The notes under the pieces are model-generated. The model was given only the letters and a program-made list of their open reading frames with translations. It did no database searches and had not been told where the DNA came from. The translations under genes were made by a program, and so were the position numbers. This document shows, piece by piece, positions 44,536 to 55,400 of a DNA stretch of 64,000 nucleotides (positions are counted from its first letter, which is position 1; each line of letters starts with the position of its first letter). The stretch is from Paraspadella gotoi (taxonomy: Eukaryota > Animalia > Chaetognatha): NCBI GenBank assembly GCA_051294375.1, contig CM119267.1:2036793-2100792 (forward strand). Direction: 5' to 3'.

Positions 44536-47500
44536 AAAAAAAAAGTAATAAAAGCAATAAAACTCAAGAAAGCCAACCTGCGCCAACTTGTCTCCATCCA
44601 CAAAAGCGATGGGGACGTTGAAGTCGACGAGCAGCTCCTCCATCTTCCGCAGCACCAGCGTGACTGCACCCCAGCAAGAGTAGTACCTTTCCTTGAAGGC
44701 CATGAATTCCTTCATCGTCTCTCGAACTCGTCCATTTTGAATCGGGAATCGTTGAGTCGATTTGGCCGCGAGGATCGAGTCGACGACCACGGCGCCGATG
44801 GCAGTGGGCGTTCCGGGAGGCGCCATCGGTTTCGGCTCGACCCTTGAGAAATCGTGGGGGGAAAAAAAATTTCGTCGACGTCGTTATCGCTTGTCATCGT
44901 TTGTCATCGTCGTTTCCCTTGTTGCTGTTGCGTTCGTCCATTGTAGTTTTTGTCTTAACTTTGATATCTTTTCAGTCAGTAGGCTTGTCAGTCAGTAGAC
45001 TTTTCAGTCAGTAGGCTTGTCAGTCAGTAGACTTTTCAGTTTATTACGTTTTTATCGATGTAATTTGAAGAGGACAAAAAGTTTTGTTTTCCTTTTCTTT
45101 TTATTCTTTTCTTTTCTTTTCTTTTCTTTTCTTTTCTTTTCTTTCTTTTCTTTTCTTCTTTTCTTTTCTTTCTTTTCTTTTCTTTTTTTTTCTTTTCTTT
45201 TTTTCTTTTTTTTCTTTTCTCTTCTTTTCTCTTCTTTCTTAATTTAGACAAAATTTTGTTTTTCTTTTCTTTTCTTTTCTTTTCTTTCTTTTCTTTTCTT
45301 TTCTTTCTTTTCTTTTCTTTTCTTTCTTTTCTTTTCTCTCAGTCCTCACCCTCCCGGAAACTCCAACGTTTTCAATCCAACGGAACCTTTTTTCGTCTCG
45401 TCGTCGTCTTCGTCGTCGTCGCTTCAGGTTTTGCTGAGAGAAAAAATTATATACATCAATGATGATGACTAATTTTTATAGCAGTATCCGCGGAAGACGC
45501 GCATTATAATTATCATTATCATCATCATAATCTACATCATCGTCATCATCATCATCATCATCATCATCATCTCATCATCATCATCATCATCATAATAATC
45601 AATAATCAACATCATCATCATCACAGCAGCAGCAAGAATAACAACAACAAATTCCAGTTTATTACCACTCGACTCGACTCGACTCGACTCGACTCGACTC
45701 GACTCGACTCGACTCGACTCGACTCGACTCGACTCGACTCGACTCGACTCGACTCGACTCGACTCGACTCGACTCGACTCGACTCGACTCGACTCGACTC
45801 GGACTCGACTCGACCGACTCGACTCGTCGACTCGACTTTTCTTTTCTTCACCATCCCCTCGACCCCCCCCCCCCCGCCCCACGTTCTTCGACCTCATCTT
45901 TGACGTAACCTACCTCGCCTGTGACCCTTTGACCTCATATTTGACCACATCTTTCTTGCCATTGATGTACTCTTTGACCTTATCTGGAACCTCCTTTGAC
46001 CTGAGATTTGAACTCCCCATTGACTTTATCTTGGACCTCGTCAATGACCTCATCTTTGTCCTTGCCTTTAACTTTATCCCAACTCACTTTGGACTCACCT
46101 TTGACCTCACCCGCTTTGGCGAGGGTCGCCTTCACAATGGAATTCTTCTCTCCGAGTGACACGCGATAGTTTTGATCGAGTTTGATCATCGGGTCCGGTG
46201 GCGCACCCTCGCCGCCCACTAGCGCTACCGACGATTTGCTCTCCAACATCCTCTGTCGCGCCGGCTTCAGGATGAGGGTCTCCTATCAGACAGTTGGGGG
46301 GGCGTTTGGAGGATGAGACCCAAAAAATGATCCGCTTCGTCACAGGCCTCGTCTCTCACCTGTCGGACGGGATCAGGCCGCAGAACCAGCTTGGCGCCCG
46401 GTGGAATGAGGCCTCTCTCCGTCATGTTGAGAATTCCGTGTTTGACGTCGTCATGCGTCACCAGCGGCGGATCTCGCCCAGGATTGAGTCGCTGTTCGCG
46501 AGGGAGGACGCCTATTGGTCTGTAGGGACGGAAGAAGGGCCACATTTGTTACTGCAACGCGAAATAGGCAATTGGAATGTAGCCTGACGATGACTTTCGA
46601 CTAACTTATAATTTCAAATTATTATTATACTAATTCTACTAATTTCGTCATCTCTCATCATAATGATCACCCATTATAACATCGTCATTATCATTTATAT
46701 CAACATCATCATCATTATCATAATCATCCATATCAATTTTATCATCGTCATGATCATTATCCTCATCATTATCTTTTTTAACATGATCATACTTGACCAA
46801 AGCGCCAGTGAGTGGCTTCGCCCCCACCCTCCCCCTCCTCTCCACCGCCGCAGCTTCAGGCATCTCCACTCCGTATCCTTCCTTCATCATCTTTCGATTC
46901 TCCTGCTGCTGCGAATCCGTCAACAGCTTCAGACGCAGCAGAGCTTTAGCCATTTGACCGGGACTCGGCCCCGCCAGCGCCGTCTCGGCAGCCGCTAGCG
47001 CCGGTTCGAGGAAGGCGCGACGGCGTCTACGTGGGGACGCTTGAAGGAGCGGCAGCGTGGAGGGCGACGACAGCGGCGGAAAACGCAGCCGCTGCTCCGC
47101 CGCTTCCGCGACTCCTGGTGGCGACAATGAAAAAAAAAATGATAAAAAAATAAATGAAAAATGTTTGAAAAAACAATAATTCTATGTTCATTACCGCCGC
47201 CGACGAAAGGGACGATCGCGGATTCATCGCGTCGCTGCGCTGCCGGCCACGTCAGCACCCCAACGTTCTGCTGCTCCAGCGGAGGCAGAGTCTGCACGTG
47301 ATTGTTAAGCTGCTGAACGACGTCCTGCGTTCGAATCTGCAGCGCCTCTTCAGTCCGTTGGAGAGCGGCGTCGACATCGGCGGAGGAGACAGAGGCGTCT
47401 TTAGACTGGGGGCAAAGAGACATACATAGAATAAAAAGTATAATATTAATTAATTATTATTAATTATTATTATTAATTATTATGTATTATAGAATATTAC

Positions 47501-47625
47501 AGAAATACGTTAAAAGCTCCGACACTCACTTCGAGTTTCTCTTGGAGTTTCAAAAGATCTTGTTTTACTCTTAGCAAAATTTCGCTGAGATCCTTTGGTC
47601 GACTTTCAAAATTCAATAACGCCAT
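31250..47625 (-). CDS. IQCH: IQ motif-containing protein H
   Basis: Exon 1 at 47625-47530 ([32 protein letters not shown]). Later exons encode [13 protein letters not shown], the IQ motif [69 protein letters not shown] and GETNF, all as recalled for IQCH. Stop at 31252-31250. One exon (~41146-40989) has indels. Confidence 0.92.
31827..32093 (-). mobile_element. Dispersed repeat family C copy in an IQCH intron
   Basis: Closely similar to the reverse complement of 29890-30143. Confidence 0.8.
34086..34538. repeat. ~31-bp minisatellite built from an IQCH exon end plus splice donor
   Basis: Minus-strand unit GATAGAACCCAATG|GTAAAAAAGACAGAAAAG, about 14 copies. Confidence 0.88.
35220..40655. mobile_element. 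~5.4-kb foldback-like element with long imperfect inverted termini
   Basis: 35220-35490 aligns by eye to the reverse complement of ~40410-40655, e.g. cctaagat..tatcgattttt..gatgcaaaaa versus tttttgcatc..aaaatcgatag..atcttagg. Confidence 0.6.
41975..42185. mobile_element. Old dispersed repeat shared with ~54785-54982 (opposite strand)
   Basis: ttatcacctttgtcgtaacctttgtcattgt and aatcatcagaaa occur inverted in the PPM1D intron. Confidence 0.55.
43016..43212 (-). mobile_element. SINE family A copy, adjacent to a family B fragment (42878-43010)
   Basis: Reverse-complement match to 5905-6108. Confidence 0.75.
43709..44010 (-). mobile_element. LTR-like remnant with tRNA-Leu primer-binding site
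   Basis: Minus-strand order: CCAAT (~43932), TATAAATA (43871-43864), AATAAA (43788-43783), then TGGTGGCAGCGGTGGGATTCGAACCCA (43735-43709), which is complementary to the tRNA-Leu 3' end including CCA. Confidence 0.6.
45667..45836. repeat. (ACTCG)n pentanucleotide microsatellite
   Basis: Direct reading. Confidence 0.95.
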
Positions 47626-47751
47626 TTGTTATATCAATATTTACGAATTTCTAATTTATTTATTTTCATATTTATCTCCCATTTTAAGATTAGTGGGATA
47701 ATCAGTGGATGAGCTTTAGTAGATAACCGTTTAAATGATATGATGATAAAA

Positions 47752-47765
47752 GTTGTCATAGCAAC
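47752..47765. promoter_or_regulatory. RFX X-box motif upstream of IQCH
   Basis: GTTGTCATAGCAAC fits the X-box consensus and lies ~127 bp upstream of the ATG of a flagellum/cilium-associated gene. Confidence 0.7.
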
Positions 47766-48845
47766 GTTGTCTTGTCTCTTTGAACTGCTTCCCTTTTGTT
47801 GATCCATATCATTAATAAATTACGACGGAACCAAAGAAGACATAAGACAAGTTAGTTTTAATCAAATTTTCAAATCACAAAACATTTTTTCGTGACAAAA
47901 GTTTTGCTGAAGAGACAATTTTTAAAAGCTTATACTTTAGATAAGAATGTTTTCTGTTTTATTTGTTGTAGTGATACTAAATGACAACAGCAAGTATTTA
48001 TCAAACCTCGAAGAGTTATTCTCTTCTGCCTGCTTTCAGAAATACAATTAGTCAATAGTTGCCAAAACAGCCTCTTTGTCAAGTTAATGAACTGTATGTG
48101 TAACGTGTCACATTAATAAATAAAATAGATTCTATGCCCTCTTCTTAATACTAATAATAGGAGTTATTCATTACATTTTAAGTTTAAGCTTAATTGTAAA
48201 TTTTCTCCCTCCGTACAAAATTCGAGCGACTTTCTCACAATTAATCCATTCACAATCAACATTCACATTCACATGGTGACTTATTCAGATTTCAAAGAAA
48301 TTCAAAACTTTCAGATTTGGCGGCGACGATGAGATTCGAACTCATCGATTCCGACCTCCTGATCCTCGGCTTTTCATTGGCCAAAATGAGAATCTCGTTG
48401 ACCAATCAGCGTCGCCGCTGACTTTCGTTGACGAAAACAAAGTCGGTTGTCGTTCGTCGTCGTCGACTCGAAAGTGGCCGCGCCCTCGTCAATTTTACTC
48501 GTTACATTAAACGCGCTGACGGTCCAAACGTCAGTTATCTATTCGCTCGTCGGGTGACGAGGTCAAATCAAAACGGCGATGATTTTGTTTGATAAATTTC
48601 TTGTTTTATTTATCGAAAAGCCGGTTGTGTCAAGTTTTATATCCTCTTTACCGAGTGATTATTTAGCAATATTATTTAGCCGTTTATCTCGATTTTATTT
48701 AAAAAAAAAACAAAAAAAAAAAAAAACGGAAGGAGCATTTTTTCTTCTTCCTTATTCTAATAAATCTTTCCTTGACTTTGTCCCGCCATCATATAAATTT
48801 ATGCTCACCGCCGCATGTTTCCATTTCAAGGTCTTAAAACGAGAG

Positions 48846-51800
48846 ATGAGCTTTTGGAAAGGACGCGAATCGGAGGCGACGCGTCGCGCTCGGTTGCAGG
48901 ACCACGCGGAGCAGGCGCGTATCAAGTCGGAGTTGACGGCGGAACTTTCCAAGTGCGTCAAACGTCTCCAGGGCGAATACCTCGTTCACCAAGGTCCGAT
49001 TCTGAGCAGCGACACCGCCAACGCCATCTGCAACGTGATCGAGGCGATCTTCATGCACGGGTTCAAGGGTGACCTTTATCACAAAGCCTTTTGGCCATTT
49101 CTCAGCAAATTCACCCACAAAGACGTCGTGGCGCAAATCTCTCAACTATCGCAAATCAACTCTGACGTCGGAATGTGTCGCTCTTGGATCCGCGTCGCGA
49201 TCAATGACGGACTAGTGGAGAGTTACGTCGACGCCATCATCGGTCAGCCAAAGGTGACGGGCGGCGTCTACGATCCTGTCGCGTATCTCCGCGACCCCGA
49301 ACATCCGGGGATCATGAAGAGTCTCCTGTCTGGACTCATGGACGTCGAGTTTCGTCTCTCCTACAACTCGAGTCTCCTCAACGATTGGGCGCAGGCGCCT
49401 TTCGTTCTCAGCGGACTCACTGAGCGCTCAGCGACTCCGGTGCCCGTCCTCACGGCGCAGCCGGCGACGGAGGGATTGAACGACGAGCCGGACGTTCAGC
49501 GTGACGTTCAGCGTAACCTTCAGCGCGACGCGCAGCGCGACTCCCGTCCCTTGATCGAAGTGTCGCCGATCGCCATCGAAAAATGTCAAACGTCATCATC
49601 TTCGCGACGTCGAAGTCAAATGACGTCTGACGCTTCTCCGTTTCAAGCACAACGTCTCACGGACGAAACGCGTGACTCACTGGACGCGAGCGAAGGGAAA
49701 AGTCGCGCCAGTTCACGCGCCTCGTCGAAGGCGGGAAGCGCTGAGAGTGACGAATCGACGAAGAGAAAATCTAAAACCGGAAAAAAGAGAAACAAGAAAG
49801 TACGAGAGTTGAAGGCTGGGGCGGCGGCGGCGGCGGCGGATGCCGGTTTACGAAGCGGATCCCCTTCCTCGAAACCTTCGAGTCGAAGTCGAACTCCCGA
49901 TGCCGCCTTTCCGCCTTCGCCACCGCCTTCCCCGCCCTCTACCAGTCCGATTGAGACCGACGCGGCGCCTTCTCTGCCCATTTCCGAAACTGACCCCATT
50001 CAAGTTCCCACTTCCGCTTCGAAGGGTGACATTGATGCACCCAAAGCCTCGTCAGCATCTCCGCCCCTCCCTTCGCCGCCTGCGCTTCTTCGACACGAGC
50101 CTCTTCCGCCTCAAATGTCCGACGCCATCGCCTCCCCGATTTCCCTTTCGCCTCCCAAAGGCTTCGCGGTTCGTGAGATGACGCCGCGCGGTTCCGTCGA
50201 CAGCGCCGGTTCGACAGACGGTGCCGCTCCCGTCAATCGCGAGCGGAAGAGAGATAAATTGAAGAAAGCGTTTCACCGGTCGGCGGAGCGACTGACCCAT
50301 TTGCAGGAGCGGGCTCAGTCTGCCACGTCCGCCGTCCGAGTGGATCGACTCCGCTCCGCTTCCATGTTCGATGTCCCGACTTCGACTCCTGTCGCCGCCG
50401 CCGAAGACGCCGACGCAGAGGCGGAGGTGACGTCTCCCGGCGGCGGATGCAACCGCCTCGACTATAGGTCGACCCATGGGTGGTCGTCTTCATTTGAAGA
50501 CGCCGCCGATGCCACTCCAGGCGGTGTGAGGAGAAAAGGAACTCAATCCAGTTTCGTCTCTTTATTCCAAGAATATGAAGACAACAACTCTGTGTCTAAC
50601 AGAGCCGCCTCTCCACTTTTGGCCAGCATTGTCGCCGGCCTCGCCGACGCCTCGGCCACGCCCACCTCGAGGACGAATCGGACCGCGTCGAGTCCCGAAG
50701 TCGAGTGGCGGACGTCGCAAGAGGAGATAGTCTGCAGCGCTGGAGGATCCTCGATCCCCGATCAACCCGCGTCGCCGGACGATTTTGAAATCATCGAAAA
50801 AGATGAGATAAATTTGGACGCGAAAGATATGAGAGTCGGAGAATATCTCCAGACAATCGGCTTCATCAGAAACGAACGCGGATTGGATTTCCAGGACTTC
50901 AAATGCAGCGGCCCCGACTGCGGTCGCATGATCGGCATGATATATGGCAAGGCGAGAGTCTGCGCCCTCACCGGCGCCTACTACTGCCACGAATGCCACG
51001 AAAACGACGAGGGCGTCATCCCTGCCAGGATGGTGCAGAACTGGGACTTTCGCAAGCACAAGGTCTCCAAATTTGGCAAGAATTTTCTCACCCATTTCGA
51101 CGAACAGCCAGTCATCAATGTGAAGGAATGCAATCCAAAAATCTACTCCAAAGTTAAAGTCATGCAAAATCTTTTGGATCTGCGGACTCAACTACTGCAC
51201 CTCAAGTCTTACCTCTTCACTTGTAAACAATCCGTGGCCGAGGATCTTCGCCTTCGCATTTGGCCAAACGAGTATCTCTTCGACATGATCCATTTTTATT
51301 CGCCCGCGGACCTCAGAAACGCCCACAACGGTTCCCTGGCGTCGCGACTCAAGAAAATTATCGACTACGCCTCCAAGCACGTCTACGCTTGCCCGCTATG
51401 CAAGCAAAAGGGATTCATCTGCGAAATTTGCAACAACGAGAAAGTGATTTATCCCTTCGAGATGACGTCGACGTGGCGTTGCGAAAAATGCACCGCCGTC
51501 TACCATCGCGACTGCCGCCCAACGGAGAACGATCTTTGCGTCAAATGCGAACGAATTCGGCGGAGAAATCTGAAACGAGGATCCGTGGGAGAAGCCGAGC
51601 TCGATTTTCCCGAGAGCATCGATTTCGTCGTCGCGCCGGACGAGGTGGGTGACCCCTCTTGGAACGAGGGAGATTTTTTATCCTTTTTATTTTTTTTTAT
51701 TTTTTATCCTTTTTTATCCTGCCACACTATTTAAATTATCAGGGCGATCACGAATCGACTCCTAACGAAGGCGACAACGCCGCGGAACTCTCGCCCGAAT

Positions 51801-51892
51801 TGAAATGGAAAACTTCGAACGAGGAAATTCGAAGCCGAGAAATGATCGACGCTTTGGCCGAAACTCGATCGGACAATCGGTCCGATAATTGA
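48846..51892 (+). CDS. PLEKHM1: PLEKHM1-like protein (RUN domain plus Rubicon-homology zinc-binding domain), join(48846..51644,51743..51892)
   Basis: N-terminal RUN motifs (ICNVIEAIFMHG, GMCRSWIRVAIND, AYLRD) and C-terminal RH motifs (GLDFQDFKC, YYCHECH, IPARMVQNWDF, HVYACPLCKQKGFICEIC). One phase-0 GT-AG intron. Confidence 0.88.
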
Positions 51893-52411
51893 TCGTACAA
51901 TCGATCGGACAATCGAATCCCTCGAATCCGCGGACAACCTCGTCCCCCTGATTCCTCCGAATTTTTTATTTCCCTAAACGAGTTTAACCCGTTTTCATTT
52001 CTACCTCTTGGATTGAAAATTTTGTAGTTTCTCTAACGAACCAATAGTGTATTTTGACTATTTCAGTTGTTTTTGGAATTTTATTATATTTTAGATTAAT
52101 AAAAGAAATCCCGGGATCGCGGGACGCGACTTGGCAGTAAATACTAATGTAAATACTGCAAAATACTAGAAGAGTCGGAGTTGCGCCTCAACCTGCAATT
52201 TTTGGTATTTTGACATCCTATTAATCCTTCTATTCTTTTATCGAAACTTCAAGATTAAATTTGACTCGCTATATTTTTTTCATTCAGAAGTTCCGGCGAT
52301 GACGAGTGATTAACTCGCGTCTTTAAACAGTACCTCTCGGTACTCTCGCCTTCGCTCCCTCCCCCCCCCCCCCCCGTTAAAACCACTTCCCCCACCCCAC
52401 CCTCTCTCAAA

Positions 52412-55400
52412 ATGCGTCTTCAAACGCATCTTCGCTTCACGGCGAGCAGCAACCAAGGGGATCGTCGCTACATGGAGGACGTGTTCCACTATCACTTCGA
52501 GACGAAGAACTCCGAGAGCACGGAGATCCTCTTCGGCTTCTTCGCAATCTTCGACGGGCACGGCGGATCGGAGGCGGCCAAGTTTGCCAAGGAGAAACTC
52601 TTGAAGGAGATCACGACGAGGGACGGGTTCTGGTCGGACGATGACCAAAAGATCTGCCAGGCCATTCGAGACGGATTCCTCTCCGCCCACGCCGCCATGT
52701 GGGACGAAATTTGTAAGGGCGGGAAAAGGGTCGTTCACTTCAAAGACTAAGGGGTGGCGGGCGTTGTTATTTTGTTTGTTTTTGTGAACTATTACTGTAG
52801 CACTTTATCCGTTTAAATTGTGAAATTGTAAATGTGAAGAGGCTGGTTTTACAGGGTGCCACACCCGCAGCGGTGTCACCTCGTGGGGACAGCGAGACAG
52901 CATGTTCATGTAGTCCAGAGCTTTGGATCTGGCAGTAGGCCCATGCCTACAGGCGGGTTACCCGGTCCATCCCACTTTCTACATGACAACCTCAGGGCTC
53001 GAACCAGGGACGCACATTGGGATGGTGCATTAGTCCACTGAGCCACTGAGGCGCTGCGAAAGAAACAGCTTTAATCCATCTGTGGTGATAGGGCCACCAG
53101 AAATGAAATGAATTTTAACGAAAAACAGTCTGATATCTCAAGTAGTATTAGATTTATTAGTCCTGAACAAAGCTAATTCATAATGAGGTAGAGCGATGAC
53201 CCCTCTTTTTTCCTTTCTCACCCCAGCCTCTTGGCCGAAGACTGCATCGGGCCTACCCTCGACGGCAGGCACGACGGCGACCGTCTGCTTCCTTCGAGAC
53301 AGCAAACTCTACATCGGTCACGTGGGAGACTCTGGGGTCGTACTGGGCAAGAAAGACCCCGAGCGGGAAGACTGGATCACCCAGCGGCTCACCAGGGTGA
53401 GGTGGTTGGATGGTGTGAGTTTCCCAGAGGGTTCCTCGCCGACTTTAATAATCTTTAAACAAATAATAATTTAAACAAAAAATTTAAAAAAAAAAACCCT
53501 AATTTTTCGCGGCCTTTTCTCTTCACCCTCTGTCTTCTTAGGAACACAAACCGGAGAGCCCCTGCGAGAAGGCCCGGATCGAGGCGTTGGGCGGCGCCGT
53601 GGTGTCGAAGGCCGGCGTCCAGCGCGTCGTCTGGAAGAGACCCAAGGTCACGAACTCTGGCCAACCCGGCGGCGCGATAAGAAAGTCCACCACGATCGAG
53701 CACATCCCTTTCCTCTCAGTCTCGCGATCTTTGGGTAAGTCGTTTTGGGTCCAGGTGTAAATTAATGAAAATTTTTAGTTTTTGTCATTTTTAGCCGTTA
53801 AGTATTGGTATTATCTTTTTCTCTTTTATTCCCCAGGCGATCTCTGGAGTTACGACTACGCCAAGGATGACTACTACGTCTCCCCAGAGCCTGACGTCCA
53901 CGTCCTTCAAATCAACCCTCACGTGCACAAGGTGCTCATCCTCGCCAGCGACGGACTCTGGAACATGTTGCGCCCTCAGGACGCCATCGGCTGCGTTCAG
54001 GACGTCGAGCGGGAGATGGAGAAGCGATGGTTTAAAACCAAGGTGGGCGAGGAAGTGGTGGGTGAGGGATGTTGAAGGGTTGCGTCCGCACTTCCGCCAC
54101 GTCGACTCGGATCTTGGATCAATGACCGATTTCTCGACGCGCGGTTCAATTTTTAAAGTAAAATCTCGATTACAAATTCCGAAATTTGTCTTCGTTTCAT
54201 CTCTAATTTCGACACTCGATATTTTACTCGATTTAAAATTCATAAAGTGCGAAAATTAAACTAACTAACGAAGCACCAGGGCCCTCTAAATCAAAGCGCT
54301 CGATTGATTGGGTAGTTTATGCTTCAAACATCTTATTTTTTATTATTATTATTATTATCATTATAATTATTATATTTTTTTTGGCGAATTCAATTTCTCT
54401 TCCCTTCTCCTTTTCTTCTCTTCGAAAACTCCTTAGACCCACAACGAGCCGGTGTCGCTGATCAACCCTTCGCAGCGCCTCGTCCGCCGAGCGGTGGCTC
54501 GGTGGCGCGACCTCAAGATGCGGGCGGACAACACGACGGCGCTCACGATTCTCATCGATCCTCCGGGACCGCGGAAGGAGGAAGTGGTGCGGCGCGAACG
54601 GCACGGGCGACACCTCGAGCTCGTCGACGGATATTCTAGGTTTTTGTTGTTTTGTTTTTTTTTTTTGGATGATCATGATGATGATGACGTTGACGTTTAG
54701 TCACTAACGGGAGTAATTAATAAGTGAAGGCAAGTATTTGGTAACGACGGACAATGATTAAGGTGATGACAAATGTAATAACGACACAATGACAAAGGTT
54801 ACGACAAAGGTGATAACAAATAATTATTAATTCAAATATGATTTGAAGAAAGATTGTTTGAGGTTGGATGTTGAGGAGAATCCTAGAGTTCCATTAGCTA
54901 TTCCTACCCTCGGTTCCTCCGTCGTTCATTGGTCAGTTTAAGGTCGACGTCGGGTCTGTGATTCGTCGGTTTTCTGATGATTTATGAAGGAGACTTTTAT
55001 CAAATATCGCTCGTGACTCTTGAGTTGAGCTTTTTTGCTCGAAATGGAAGTTTTGACCAAGTTTTCTTTCTTTCCCTCAGAACGGATTACATCATTCAAA
55101 ACATCAACATGTTGAGAGAGTTGATCAACGCCGACGACTCTGATGCATCATCTACGGTGAGAACGAATCATTCTATCACTTTTCTTTTTTTCTCTTTTCC
55201 TCTAGCCACCTTCTCCCTTTCTCTTCAGGATCCGGCTTCCCCCAAGAAGTTGGTCAACGTCACGAACACCCCCTCCGTCGTCGGCGGCCGCAAGATGCCC
55301 CTCGACTCGGGAAGCGAACCTTCGTCCAACGGCGTCGCTTCTGGCGGCGTCGTCCACAACGCCGGCGCCTCTGCCGCCTCTAACGGAGCCCCTTCAGGCG

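Noticed and set aside
48579-48845. N-terminal 89 codons of the 1051-aa ORF
   Set aside because: AT-rich and intron-like, ending in the acceptor ttcaag at 48830; the ATG at 48846 precedes the RUN homology.
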